This document shows positions 39,558 to 55,656 of a stretch of 64,000 bases of DNA, one piece after another. The notes beneath the pieces are model-generated. The model made no database searches and was not told where the DNA came from. It saw only the letters and a program-made list of their open reading frames with translations. The stretch is from Octopus vulgaris (taxonomy: Eukaryota). Location of the stretch: assembly GCA_951406725.2 (NCBI GenBank), contig OX597840.1:27094001-27158000 (forward strand). The letters run 5' to 3'. The position numbers were made by a program, and so were the translations under genes. Position 1 is the first letter of the stretch. The number at the start of each line of letters is the position of its first letter.

Positions 39558-39889
39558 TGAAAAATTATAATATATAATGATGATTCACATGATATTCTGT
39601 CTCTAAATTATATGCTAATCTTTGGCGTACCCACTGATGAAGACTTCGCCTAGCAAATTATTTTATTTGCTTATTAAAGTTCGTGCTTTCGTCTACAGAA
39701 ACCAGGAAACCAAATATTTGATGATATAATTAGGCATAATTAAACGTTATGAAATTAAATATATAAATACTACAATAATAAGATACGGGAAATATAATAC
39801 AAAAAGGAAAAAGTAAAGATTATTTTGTATTTTTTATTCTATTGCCATAACAACAACATGGTAATTGATATTTTTGAGCGAGAAGAACA

Positions 39890-41180
<1,291 letters not shown>

Positions 41181-41389
41181 TAAGGGCCCCTTAGAGGCCC
41201 ATTAGAGGCCCTGACCGGGATTTCAACCCGAGTCCTTTATCGACTGGATTCGCTTCTCTTCCTTCTGAGATTCTTGAAATTTGATCTCCTCCCCGCAATA
41301 AATCCTTCCACCGTTGTCTCGGCTGCTCCTTAACAGCCACCAACCAGCAGACGCCACCACCACTAATACAACAACCACAACAACAACAA

Positions 41390-41934
41390 ATACTACTACT
41401 GCTACTACTACTACTACTATTAACTACTGTTGCTGCTGCTGCTGCTGTTACTGCTTCTACTATTACTACTACTACTACTACTACTACTACTATTACTATT
41501 ACTATACTACTACTACTACTATTACTACTGCTACTACTGTTACTACTACTACTACTGCTACTATTACTACTATTACTACTACTACTGCTACTATTACTAC
41601 TACTACTATTACTACTACTACTACTACTATTACTACTACTACTACTACTACTATTATTACTACTACTACTACTACTATTTCTACTATTGCTACTACTACT
41701 ACTACTATTACTACTACGACTACTACTATTATTACTACTACTACTTCTATACTACTACTACTTCTATACTACTACTACTACTACTACTATTACTACTACT
41801 ATTACTACTACTATTGCTACTACTACTACTATTACTACTATTACTACTACTACTATTATCACTACTACTATTACTACTACTACTACTATTACTACTACTA
41901 CTACTACTACTACAATTACTACTACTACTATTAT

Positions 41935-41968
<34 letters not shown>
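41390..41968. repeat. (TAC/TAT)n trinucleotide tract
   Basis: Direct reading. Confidence 0.95.
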
Positions 41969-41969
<1 letters not shown>

Positions 41970-42168
41970 ATGCTTCTACCACTGTCTCTGCTCCGGCTGT
42001 TTCTTTAATTTCGTATATTTTGCGTATTCTTGTATTCTAGTCCAGAGAGAAAACAGGGTAACGCCGCCATTAATAGGAGAGGTTGGGAAGGTGAAAGAGG
42101 TTGGGAATTGGTGAGGATAAAGTGTAATGTCGGAAAGAAGCTAAGGGAAGTTAAGAATAGTAAGATAT

Positions 42169-42434
<266 letters not shown>

Positions 42435-42470
42435 AATGAAGCAAGCTTCTTACCACAAAGCCACTCCTGC

Positions 42471-42522
<52 letters not shown>

Positions 42523-44055
42523 CAACACATACTTTCTCGCAGACAAAGGAGTTCTCATGTTTGGCTTGTTACTATGATAACGGGCATGAATGCGTCTGCG
42601 GCTTACGATTGGCTAAAATTGCCCAAAATTTCAAACTTTAGAAGCTATTAACTCTTTATTTATTGATTCATGGTGATGATGATTTTCATGGCATTGGTTA
42701 GCATATAAAAGTATATCATTACACCGAATATGAAATCAATTGGTAACCAGGCAGAAAATATCCCTTTATCCTTCTTATTATGTTTTCCGATGTCCCCTCT
42801 TGAACTTAGATCATCTCCTCTACATTGCTCTTACTTTCTACAAGCTTATTTCAGTCACTCTATTGTGGCCATGCTGGGGCAACGCCTTGAACAATACGGA
42901 CTCCAGTACTTATTTTGCAACTTTAGTATTTATTCTGTCGGCCTCCTTTACTGAACCAGAAGCTTGCGAAATGTAAACAAACCAACGAACACACACACAC
43001 ACACACATACAAACACACATACAAACACACACACACACACAAATATGTAAGAACACAAACATACACATACATACATTTACAAACATACAAGCACACACTC
43101 GCAAACACAAACACACACACACACACACCACATACATAGATACACCACATACACACACACACACAAATATGTAAGAATACAAACACACACATACACTCAT
43201 ACAAACATACATACATTTACAAACATACCAGCACACACTCGCAAACACACACACACACATACACACACACAAACACACATACAAACACACACACAAATAT
43301 GTAAGAACACAAACACACATACATACATACAAACATACATATACAAACATACCAGCACACACTCGCAAACACACACACCACACACACACACACACACAAA
43401 TACAAACGCACACACACACCACATACATACACCACATACACATACACTTACACACACACATACAAGCACACACACACCACATACATACACCACATACACA
43501 CACAAATACAAACACACACATACAAACACACATACACAAACACCACACACACACGCCACACCCACTCACACACTCACACAAACAAACATACAAACACACA
43601 AACACGCAAACACGCAAACAAGATGTCTGATCGATATCCATGGAGATCTCTTACGGTCAGAAGATCAAGCAGTGAGTTTCTCGCTTCTCAATTGAAAGAA
43701 AGATATTCGCTTAAATTAAAAAATACCATCGAATGATTATAGGAAGCCAAAACTTTGATTTAGCAGCTTATTTCAAAGTAAATAGCCCTCACTTCTATTT
43801 CATAACATTAATGGAGTTTTTGCAAGTTTATCTGAAAAAACGTTTTTGGTGAAACGGCAATTTTTTCCATGTTTTTTTATAGATTCGTCTCTACGAAGTC
43901 TAAAAGCTATTTTATTACATAATGGAAGTTTTAAGTCGTCTTCTAGATTCCTCCGCTGAATCAGCGCATTTAACAAAAAGACTTGTTATACTCACGTGTC
44001 GATCCTGTTTTTTGATAATTTCTTTTTTTAATGGAATTCTCTCTAAAGATTGCCG

Positions 44056-44246
44056 GTGGAATTTTCGAAAAAGATCTTAAAGTAAGCCGTGTCTGTGTGG
44101 TTAAGAAATTCAATTGGCAATCGCGTTGTTTAAGGTTCGATCCCACAGTGTGGAATTCTCGAAAAAGATCTTAAAGTAAGCCGTGTCTGTGTGGTTAAGA
44201 AATTCAATTGGCAATCGCGTTGTTTAAGATTCAATCCCACAGTGTG
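44056..44246 (+). repeat. 94-bp tandem duplication covering a diverged family B head
   Basis: gtggaatt..cgaaaaagatcttaaagtaagccgtgtctgtgtggttaagaaattcaattggc… at 44056 and 44150. Confidence 0.9.
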
Positions 44247-44389
44247 GCAAGCAGGGCAGATGTCTTGTACTATATAGTTCCGTGGAAACGAATCGCTCGT
44301 GTCAATGGATACAGCCGACAAAAACTGTGCGGAAGCTTATCGTGTGCGTGTGTTTGTGTGTGTGTACGTGTGTGTACAAATATATTCTT

Positions 44390-44640
44390 GTTCTTTTATT
44401 CTCTTACTTGTTTCAATCCTTTGACTGCGGTCATGCTGGAGCACCGCTTTTAGTCGTACAAATCGACCCCAGGACTTATTCTTTGTAAGCATAGTACTTA
44501 TTTTATCGGTGTCTTTTGCCCCCGTTACTTAGCGGTTCGGCAAAAGAGAGCGATAGAATAAGCACTAGGCTTACAAAGAATAAGCCCTGGGGTCGATTTG
44601 CTCGACTATAGGCGGTGCTCCAGCATGGCCACATTCAAAT
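44390..44640. repeat. Fold-back of the SINE B tail (~110-bp arms)
   Basis: A minus-oriented tail to 44520 is followed by cccgttacttagcggttc and then a plus-oriented tail. Confidence 0.8.
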
Positions 44641-44672
44641 GAAGCAAGCTTCTTACCACAAAGCCACTCCTA

Positions 44673-44763
44673 CATTATTGTTTCTTGCTGGTATCAAAAG
44701 GAACCACGTGCTTGTTTTTAACAAGCACACGGTTCCTTTTGATACCAGCAAGAAACAATAATG
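44673..44763. repeat. Near-perfect 44-bp hairpin with 3-nt loop
   Basis: cattattgtttcttgctggtatcaaaaggaaccacgtgcttgtt-ttt-aacaagcacacggttccttttgataccagcaagaaacaataatg, with two mismatched positions. Confidence 0.92.
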
Positions 44764-44991
44764 AACTTCTTTACTACACTCAACTATAATATAGCGATTA
44801 TACCAACTACCGGCAAAACACCACCACATGGATTCTATTGAGACCAGTAAGAAACAATTATGAACTTTTCTATTGCACTTTTCTTTCGGATTATTTTTGA
44901 TAAGGTTCATTTTTTCAAGAACCGAAACATGTAAAATTCATAAGAAAATTAAAATTTATCTAATATAGTGGCGTTTTCAAACTTCTTTTTT

Positions 44992-45053
<62 letters not shown>

Positions 45054-45941
45054 CGCAGGAGTGGCTGTGTGGTAAGAAGCTTGCTTACCAACCATATCGG
45101 TGTCTTTCGCCCCCGCTACTTAGCGGTTCGGCAAAAAGGACCGATAGAATAAGTACTAGGCTTACAAAGAATAAGCCCTGGGGTCGATTTGCTCGACTAT
45201 AGGCGGTGCTCCAGTATGGCCACAGTCAAATGACTGAAACACGTAAAAGATTAAGAGAGTAACAGAGTATAGAAAATACAAAGGTGATATCATCACAGCT
45301 CAGTAGTGTAGCAATATTAATCTCAGGCTTGTATTCTCCAAGGAATTACTAGAAACAGCCAATGAACGCTCTGAATATGATATCAGCAAAGTTCCAATGA
45401 AAGATGGTATCGAAGAAGATAAATAAAAAATCCTAAATTGCATTTTTCTTGGAGTTATGAACCCCATAATAACTTATTCAACAAAATGAGAAAAACTATC
45501 TTCCCTCCCTATGGGCCGTATGAATAAAACGCATTACCATTTAACCGGTTGTAATTTTATGTCCAGTATTCAGAATTGTCCAGAATTAGCTACGAATAGA
45601 ATTCATATGGCTAAAATGATTATGACACAGTGTGCAATAAAAGACTTGCCTCAGGTAATAGTCAAATTAGCTGGTTGTGGAGTTTTATCAACGCTACCTC
45701 ATTATTATTGAACACAGCAGAAGCCATAAATTGTCACGAGCGAAATGTACCTTATTTTAAACGCTTGGGGATAAGACCGATTTGACAGTAAAATCGGTAA
45801 CCTGTAACTAGCATTGATAACAAGCCCAAAAGAGATAAGGTTTGGCAGTGAATTATAATAAAAGGAGGGAATAATTTCGACAAAGAAAATAGTCGGGGAT
45901 TTTGGTAAATAAAAGCCTGGCAGTTAATCAGTTATTGAATA

Positions 45942-46530
45942 GGCGCAGGAGTGGCTGTGTGGTAAGTAGCTTGCTTACCAACCACATGGTTCCGGGTTCA
46001 GTCCCACTGCGTGGCACCTTGGGCAAGTGTCTTCTACTATAGCCTCGGGCCGACCAAAGCCTTGTGAGTGGATTTGGTAGACGGAAACTGAAAGAAGCCC
46101 GTCGTATATATCTATATATATATATATATGCATGTAGGAGTAGATGTGTGGTAAGTAGCTTGCTTACCGACCACATGGTTTAGGGTTCAGTCCCACTACG
46201 AGGCACCTTGGGCAAGTGTCTTCTACTATGGCCTCGGGTCGACCAAAGCCTTGTGAGTTGATTTGGTAGATGGAAACTGAAAGAAGCCCGTCGTATATAT
46301 GTATATATACATATGTATGTGTGTGTGTGTTTGTCCCCCTAGCATTGCTTGACAACCAATGCTGGTGTGTTTATGTCCCCGTCACTTAGCGGTTCGGAAA
46401 AACAAACCGATAGAATAAGTACTAGGCTTACAAAGAATAAGTGCCGGGGTCGAGTTGCTCGATTAAAGGCGGTGCTCCAGCATGGCCGCAGTCAAATGAC
46501 TGAAACAAGTAAAAGAGTAAAAGAGAGAGA
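45942..46530 (+). mobile_element. SINE family B with duplicated head
   Basis: Heads at 45942-46104 and ~46133-46293 are separated by (TA)n and share one tail. Confidence 0.9.
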
Positions 46531-46794
46531 GTAAGGCCATCAAATTTATAACGGATATTTCTCAAATGAAGACTAATATTGGCACTCCGTCGGTTGCGAC
46601 GACGAGTATTGCAGTTGATCCGATCAACGGAACAGCCTCCTCGTGAAATTAATGTGCAGGTGGCTGAGTACTCCACAGACATGCGTTGCCCTTGACGTAG
46701 CTCTCGGGAAAATTCGGCGTGACACAGAAATATATTGTATCTCCCTACCATAACTCTTTGAGTTTCTAATTTCTTTTTGATCAAATTGACCCTA

Positions 46795-46993
46795 ATAATC
46801 TTTTCTACTGTAGGCCTGAAATTTTAGGGGATGTGGGCTACTTGATCTCATTGACCCCGGTGTTCGACTGATACTTAATTTATCGACCCCCAAGGCGAAG
46901 TCGACTTTGGTGGTATTTGAACTCAGAACTTTAAGACGGACGAAATGCCGCTAAGCATTTTCCCGGCGTCCTGACGATTCTGCCAGCTCACCA
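46795..46993 (-). mobile_element. SINE family A, diverged, type-2 tail
   Basis: Reverse complement of family A. Confidence 0.75.
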
Positions 46994-47069
46994 CAATAAT
47001 AATAATAATAATGATGATGATGATGATGATGATGATAATGATAATAATAATAATAATAATAATGATAAT

Positions 47070-47777
<708 letters not shown>

Positions 47778-48013
47778 TAATAATAATAATAATCCTTTCT
47801 GTTATAAGCACAAGACCTGAAATTAAAGTGGATGGGGAAAGTCGATCACATCGATCACCAGTACTTGACTGGTACTTAATTTGGTCATTCCTTGCCAATC
47901 AAACACAACTACTAAGCTGACATTCCCCAAGTATGACATTTCTTTCAACGCACGTTTTCACATCAAAAATCTTGAAAAACAAATGCTTCAACATAGATAG
48001 ATAAATAGACTGC

Positions 48014-48079
<66 letters not shown>

Positions 48080-48518
48080 GTTTTTTTTGTTTTTTTGCAA
48101 TTTACTTAATCATTGAAATTTTATTGTTATTTTAATTTCAATATTTCTATTATATGTAATTTTCTAGATGGTGTAAATTAATTGTTCATTTTGAATTGAT
48201 GAAAGGTGGGGTTTTTTTTCTAATTTTTCATATACACACATATGTTTATGTATTTATAAGCATATATGTGTATGTACGTATGTATATATTATATTGTACA
48301 TATATTATATATATATATATAAAGTAACAAACTTAGGAAAAATTCCTTCAAACTGGTGTGTATATAAATATAAACATGTATATATACATACATATATACA
48401 TATGCATGTACACGTTCGTGATTTTGCGTTCGCGTGTACATACGCATTGTGTGTGTGTGTGTGGAGGATTATGATAGCAAAAGTTGACACCCTACACGGA
48501 GATTTGCCTTGGGCTGTA

Positions 48519-48580
<62 letters not shown>

Positions 48581-48976
48581 CTCCCTGTGAGTTTCCTTAA
48601 GCCTCAGGTGCTAGTTCGATTTCCGGATTTAAAACAGAAACGACAAAAAGCAGATTAGAAAAGGCGATTGAACAAATTTTATTTATTCCCCAGGAAAATA
48701 TATATATTTATAAAAACTGTTTTAGTTCAAATTCATCGTTAAGGATGGTATTTGCCTAACGGGGACTGAGATCCTTTTGCAGTTGGTTGGTCAGATTACC
48801 GGTGCGCAAGAGATTGGATTAAAAGCTTGTTACAAGAGAACGCTGTGAGATAAATGATGGAGATATATGCGTGGATGTATATATATACGCAATAGCACGT
48901 GTCCACAGATATGAACCAACTCATAGCCACATATGTATCTATGTATGTACACAAACACACACACACATATATATAT

Positions 48977-49202
48977 CGAGCTGGCAGAACCGTTAGCATC
49001 CCGGGCGAAATGCGTAGCCGTATTTCGTCTGCAGTTACGTTCTGAGTTCAAATTCCGCCGAGGTCGACTTTGCCTTTCATCCTCTCGGGGGTCGATAAAT
49101 TAAGTACCAGTTAAGCACTGGGGTCAATGTAATCGTCTTAATCCGTTTTTCTGTCCTTGTTTGTCCCCTCTATGTTTAGCCCCTTGTGGGTAATAAAGAA
49201 AC
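48977..49202 (+). mobile_element. SINE family A, single unit, in (TA)n
   Basis: Family A consensus ending aataaagaaaca(ta)n. Confidence 0.88.
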
Positions 49203-49591
49203 ATATATATATATATAAAGGAATGGCTGCGTGGTAAGTAGCTTGTTTACCAACCACATGGTCCCAGGTTCAGTCCCATTGCGTGGCACCTTGGGCAAGT
49301 GTCTCCTCCTATAGCCTCGGGCCGATCAAAGCCTCGCGAGTGGATTTAGTAAACGGAAACTGAAAGAAGCCTGTCATATATATATATACACATATATACA
49401 TATAAAAGTAAATAAATGGTACAACGAAGTACCGATATTTACTGGAAAATAGCGATCGTAATAAATACGACGCTATTGTATAGCTTCACTGCGTATATAC
49501 TAGTAAAGACGTGTGTGTGCAACAAGCATGAAAAAAATTTGTCTTACCTCTAGGAAGAACATCTGAAAAATGAAAAACCTAGAAACGGAGA

Positions 49592-49662
49592 ATGCAGTAC
49601 CGGTTTCAGACTCTTCAAATACGTTTGCCAACGTAGATTTGATTTGTCTTCATCAGCTGCAT
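49592..49662 (-). ncRNA. Type I minimal hammerhead ribozyme
   Basis: Minus strand: ATGCAG-CTGATGA-AGAC…tcaaat.tacgtt-ggca-aacgta.tttga…GTCT-GAAAC-cg-GTA|CTGCAT. It has a 6-bp stem I, an extended stem II, a palindromic stem III and a GUA site. Confidence 0.85.
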
Positions 49663-50064
49663 ATACCTCGACACAAATTTCAAATGTTGCCACATCTATG
49701 CCAGTACACTCGTCTGAACGCCAAAACGTTATATATAGTACAAAGTAAGATAGCGGTTATTCTGTTTTATTCTGTTAGATTTGGATGTTCCTACTTAATT
49801 AGTTAATAAATTATATGAATTGGTATTATCTGGAAATTGATGATTGAAAGGAATCTATCCCTCCATTTTCTTATTTTATATATATATATAATCAATATAA
49901 GCAACAAGGATATCCAGAGGTAATGCAGTACGATCGTTTCATGCAACTAAATTCTGCTGCCTCAACTTAAGTACCATATTCATATTGCTTCTGATAAAGA
50001 CCCAATAGAGGTGGTATCTGAAGAATCTACCCTTACGACTCTCTCAGAAATAGTGGGTAGAGAA

Positions 50065-50330
50065 GATGGACGGATGGATGGGTGGATGGATGGATGGATG
50101 GATGGATGGATGGATGGATGGATGGATGGATGGATGAGTGGACGGACGGACGGACGGATGGATGGATAGATGGATGGATGGATGGATGGATGGATGGATG
50201 GATGGATGGATAGACGGACGGACGGACGGACGGACGGACGGACGAGTGTATGGATGGATGGATGGATGGATGGATGGATGGATGGATGGATGAATGGATG
50301 GATCGATGGATCGATGGATAGATGGATAGA
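50065..50330. repeat. (TGGA/CGGA)n microsatellite
   Basis: Direct reading. Confidence 0.93.
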
Positions 50331-51430
50331 TCGTATAGCTTAAGCAACAGTGAAAATTCCTCATTAATTTCCTTCTGAACTTATAGAATTCAAAGACTTC
50401 ATTTCGAAACGTCAATACTAAAACCGATTTTTCCCAAGAAACTGCATTTTACCAGCAACACCCACCCCACCCCCACCCCACCCGCCCCCCAATCCTTCCG
50501 GGCCGAATACTGAAAATGTATAGATGGAATTTTCCTTCTTTGAAAAATCTCTGCCGATTCTTTGGAAGTTAGATTCCTGAATTTCTTCAAAAAGCTAAGA
50601 CTATCGACATTTAAATTTCTTCTTTTGTAACCCACATTTGGCGTGAAAGCACATTCTCATTGTGAAACATTGTTCAAAGTACTTCGCCGGCGCCTAGAAA
50701 CCATTATCGAATGATTTATCTTCGTTTGTGCTTATCTCGTGTTTGGATAAGAACCGAAGTTTGTCTACATAATTTTGCACACAACTTTCTTATTTTTCTA
50801 TTATATTTCTTTGGACACAATCAGCTGCTGCTTACCCCCGGACTATCGATAGATCTCTCTTTTCGACACTTTATTTTTATTCATTTTCATATCTCGTTTC
50901 CACTTCGATTCTTTCTGCTTTTCTTCTTTTGATGGGGGGGGGGGGTTCTACTTTATCAAGCTTGCTTGTATCTCCATTTGCAACCAGCTGTTGCTGTCAA
51001 AATGTATTTCGCAAGAAAATAAGTAATATTTAGAAATCTGAGAGCGATGAGAACAAGTGACTTTTCTCATAAATACGAAATAGATTTTTCATTTACCTGT
51101 AAAATATTTTGTACTTTTAGCATTCGTTCAATTAATTATGGCTTCGTATTTTTCTTCGTTAGTTCCTCATTCGTAAGGCCATTAACATGTATGTGTGTGT
51201 GTGTGTGTGTGTGCTTGTATGTGTGTGTGTGTGTTTGTATATGCGTGTGTGTGAGTGTGTGTGTGTGTTTGTATGTGTGTGTGTGTGTGTTTGAATGTGT
51301 GTGTATGTGTGTGTGTACTTCTATATATAAACAAATAGATATATATATATACATATATATCCCGAGTGTCAAAAGAGGAGGAAAGGTGAGCATGAAGATA
51401 TGTGTGTGTGTGTGTGTGTGTGTGTGTACA

Positions 51431-51887
51431 TACAGCTTCCAGCTCCGCACAACCTGGAACCTTTAAATGTTCTCGCCGACGATGTAACACATGCCCCTCC
51501 ATCAACAATATTACCACCATCAAGGGGCCCAAGAAGCAATATTACATAACACACCACTTCTGTTGCACTTCAGCGAATCGCATATATTGCATCATATGCA
51601 AACTCTGTGGATCTCTTTACATTGGACAAACAGGGCGGCGCCTTGGGGATCGCTTTCGCGGACACATCAGAAACATAATGCTACATATACCAGGCTAAAC
51701 TGTCGCCACCCACTTCAGTACAGCGAATCATTCTATTGTAGATTTATCAGTGTGTGGCATGGCCTTGCCCCACGGACCCCACTTCTCTAGGAAACGAAAG
51801 GAGCAACGTCTCATATTTTACCTTGGCACTATGCCACCGACAGATATGAACGAAAGTTTTTCCTTTCATCCTCTCACCTTCTCTTAA
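51431..51887 (+). pseudogene. Penelope-like element GIY-YIG endonuclease domain (3' end of ORF), one in-frame stop
   Basis: PGTFKCSRRRCNTCPSI…FCCTSANRIYCIICKLCGSLYIGQTGRRLGDRFRGHIRNI…*TVATHF…RKRKEQRLIFYLGTMPPTDMN. Motifs: CxxxxCxxC linker, IY…CxxC…YIG.T, R..H, HF, catalytic E and terminal G.N-like motif. Confidence 0.93.
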
Positions 51888-52225
51888 TTCTTTTTTAACC
51901 CTTTTTAATCCTTCTTCCACTCTCTCTATCTATCTATCTATCTATCTATCTCTTCCTCTCTCTGCAACATTCCCGTATTTACTTAGCTCTACTCTCTCCA
52001 TCACTCTTTTCCTCCTCCTTTCTGCTCGCCCTCTCCTATAACTTCTGCTTCATGTTTGCAGCCCGTGTTATTCTGCGTTCACTATCAGTTGCAGCCAGTT
52101 TTTCAAGCTGAGAGCATGTAAAACTGTGTTTCTTAAACATCGTGTTTTCTTTACCCCCTGACGAAGAAACGTTGGATATTCTACTCCTCACGTCAAATTC
52201 AGTGTACCCCTTTCACTTCTTTCTA
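51888..52225 (+). mobile_element. 3' UTR/pLTR of the Penelope-like element, with a stem-II-deleted hammerhead remnant
   Basis: cccc-CTGACGA-a-GAAACGTTgg at 52154-52175 lies downstream of the GIY-YIG stop; the segment ends at (TA)n. Confidence 0.6.
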
Positions 52226-52260
52226 TATACATACATATATGTATATATACATACACACAA

Positions 52261-52355
<95 letters not shown>

Positions 52356-52496
52356 TGCGTGTATGTACGTATGTATATGTATGTACATAAATAAATATAT
52401 ATGTAGATACATATATATATATACATATATACATATATGTACACGTATATATATATACATATATAAATATATGTAAACGTATATATATATACACGC

Positions 52497-52540
<44 letters not shown>

Positions 52541-52970
52541 GTATGCATATATGTACAACCAGCATGACTGCACCCACATGGCTCAAAGGAGTAAATGAAT
52601 AAAATATACATGAATGTATACATATATTTTTGTGTATATATATATGTATGTGTATATATATATGTATATGTATATATATATGTATGCATTTATATATGTA
52701 TATATATGTATATATTTACATCTACATATATATGTATGCGTATCTGTGTCTGTCTGTGTATATGCATGTACGTATGTATATGTATGTATGTGTATACGTA
52801 CATCATTATTCAGTTTATTTCAAGATGTAAGTATGTGCGTATGAATATATACGCGTATGCATGCATGCATGCATGCATGCATGTATGTATGTATGCATGT
52901 ATGTATATATGTATGTATGCATGTATGCATGCATATATGTATGTATGTATGTATTATGTATGTATGTATG

Positions 52971-53004
<34 letters not shown>

Positions 53005-53419
53005 TGCATATATGTATGTATGTATGTATGTATTAACGAACATATTGCAGTTTAATAAATCTGTTTTGACCTCGCTCTTCTCGGCTAGCAATGTATTTTC
53101 TAAAGAACTTCTTGTTCAGTGAACATCGAATCATTTTAACACTTCAGTACTTTGAATAATTAGCTTTTCTTGAGTAGAAAATTAACATACGCGGATGAGA
53201 AGTGGAGAGAGAAATGCTACAGTAAGTAAGCGGCATGTGTATATTAGAGGGAAGCGTGTGTGTTTGTAAGGTAAAACAAAAAATAATAATTAAGAACAAA
53301 TGACCTGGAGGGGGTTTCTGTGGTTAGATAAGAAAAAGTAATGGCCGACAACTGAACAACAATTGAACAATTTGTTGTTGTTGTTGTTATTGATGGGTTT
53401 TTTTGTTGTTGTTACTGTT

Positions 53420-54021
53420 ACTCTTTACTCTTTTACTTGTTTCAGTTATTTTGACTGCGGCCATGCTGGAGCACCGCCTTTTTTAGTCGAGAAACTCAAC
53501 CCCGGGACTTATTCTTTTTGTAAGCCCAGTACTTATTCTATCTGTCTCTTTTTCCCTAACCGCTAAGTGACGGGGACGTAAACACACCAGCATCGGTTGT
53601 CAAGCAATGCTAGGGGGACAAACAGACACACAAACATACACATGCACATATATATATATACATATATACGACGGGCTTCTTTCAGTTTCCATCTACCAAA
53701 TCAACTCACAAGGCTTTGGTCGGCACAGGGCTATAGCAGAAGACACTTGCCCAAGGTGCCACGCAGTGGGACTGAACCCGGAACCATGTGGTTGGTAAGC
53801 AAGCAACTTACCACACAGCCACTCCTACATATATATATATATATATATATACATATATACGACAGGCTTCTTTCAGTTTCCGTTTACCAAATCCACTCAC
53901 AAGGCATTGGTCAGCCCGGGGCTATAGCAGAAGACACTTGCCCAAGATGCCACGCAGTGGGACTGAACCCGGAGCCATGTGGTTGGTTAGCAAGCTACTT
54001 ACCACACAGCCACTCCTGCGC
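53420..54021 (-). mobile_element. SINE family B with duplicated head
   Basis: Heads at 53668-53827 and 53859-54021 are separated by (TA)n. Confidence 0.9.
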
Positions 54022-54324
54022 CTGTTGCTGCGGTGCTGTTAAAATTATTGAGGCCGTCGTTGTTATTTTTGTAGTTGTTGTCGTTATTGCTGTTGCTACG
54101 TTTGTTGTCGTTTGTCATTGCTGTGACTGCTTCTGTTGATGGTGATGCTGCTATCGTAGTCGTTGCTATAGTGGTTACTGGCGGAAACGTTGGCACGCCG
54201 GGCGAAATGCTTAGTACTCGGGTCGAAGTAATCGAATCCCAAAATTTCTGCTCTTGTGGCAAAATTTGGTTATTTTCAAAAAAATGTAGAATCGGTTATC
54301 TATGTTGTTAAAGTATGGAGTGTA

Positions 54325-54355
54325 GTGATGAAGATGCTGCTGATGCCGATGACGG

Positions 54356-54400
<45 letters not shown>

Positions 54401-54485
54401 CGACGACGATGATGATGATGATGATGATGACGACGACGATGATGATGATGATGATTATGATGATGATGATGACGATGATGATGAC

Positions 54486-54521
<36 letters not shown>

Positions 54522-54880
54522 GGTGGTGGTGGTGGTGGTGGTGATGATGATGATGATGATAATGATGATTATAATGATGATGATTATGATGATTATATGA
54601 TGATGATCAGGATGATGAAGAAGAGGAGGGGGAGGGGGAGGAGGAGGAAGATGATAATAACGATGACGACGATGATAATGAGGATGGTGATGATGATGAT
54701 GATGACGAAAACGATGATGACGACGACAACAACGACGATGACGATGATTATAATGGTAAAAATGATGACGAAGACAGTGATTATAATGATGATGTTGATG
54801 ATGATGATGATGAGGAGGAGGAGGAGGAGGAGGAGGATGTGGATAATGATGATGATGGCGATGATGATGATGATGAATGA
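54325..54880. repeat. (GAT/GAC/GGT/GAG)n trinucleotide tract
   Basis: Direct reading. Confidence 0.93.
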
Positions 54881-55143
54881 CGACATTGCTTCCCCTCCAC
54901 CAACCCTTGCAAAACAATTTTATCACAAGAAAATAGAAAATTCATTTCACATCGATCTATGGGGACCAGTAAGTGTTCGAAGGGTCGTGAGTTCAATAAC
55001 AGATAACATCCCTGGAGATTCCCTTTAATTACAATATTATTAAAAACAACTTAACAAGGAGAAACCTCTGGGGCGTGCCTCAAGGAAAGAAATAATGCTA
55101 TGGCACAATGTGTCGTCCTTCTTATTTTTTTATTGTCATTATA

Positions 55144-55656
<513 letters not shown>

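Noticed and set aside
39625-39712. Possible hammerhead CTGATGA-AGAC…GTCT-aca-GAAAC
   Set aside because: There are extra bases before GAAA and no NUH triplet or stem I partner; at best a decayed remnant.
49448-49505. Helitron-like 3' end (hairpin followed by CTAG|T)
   Set aside because: The hairpin is AT-rich and too far from CTAG, and no matching 5' end or second copy was seen.
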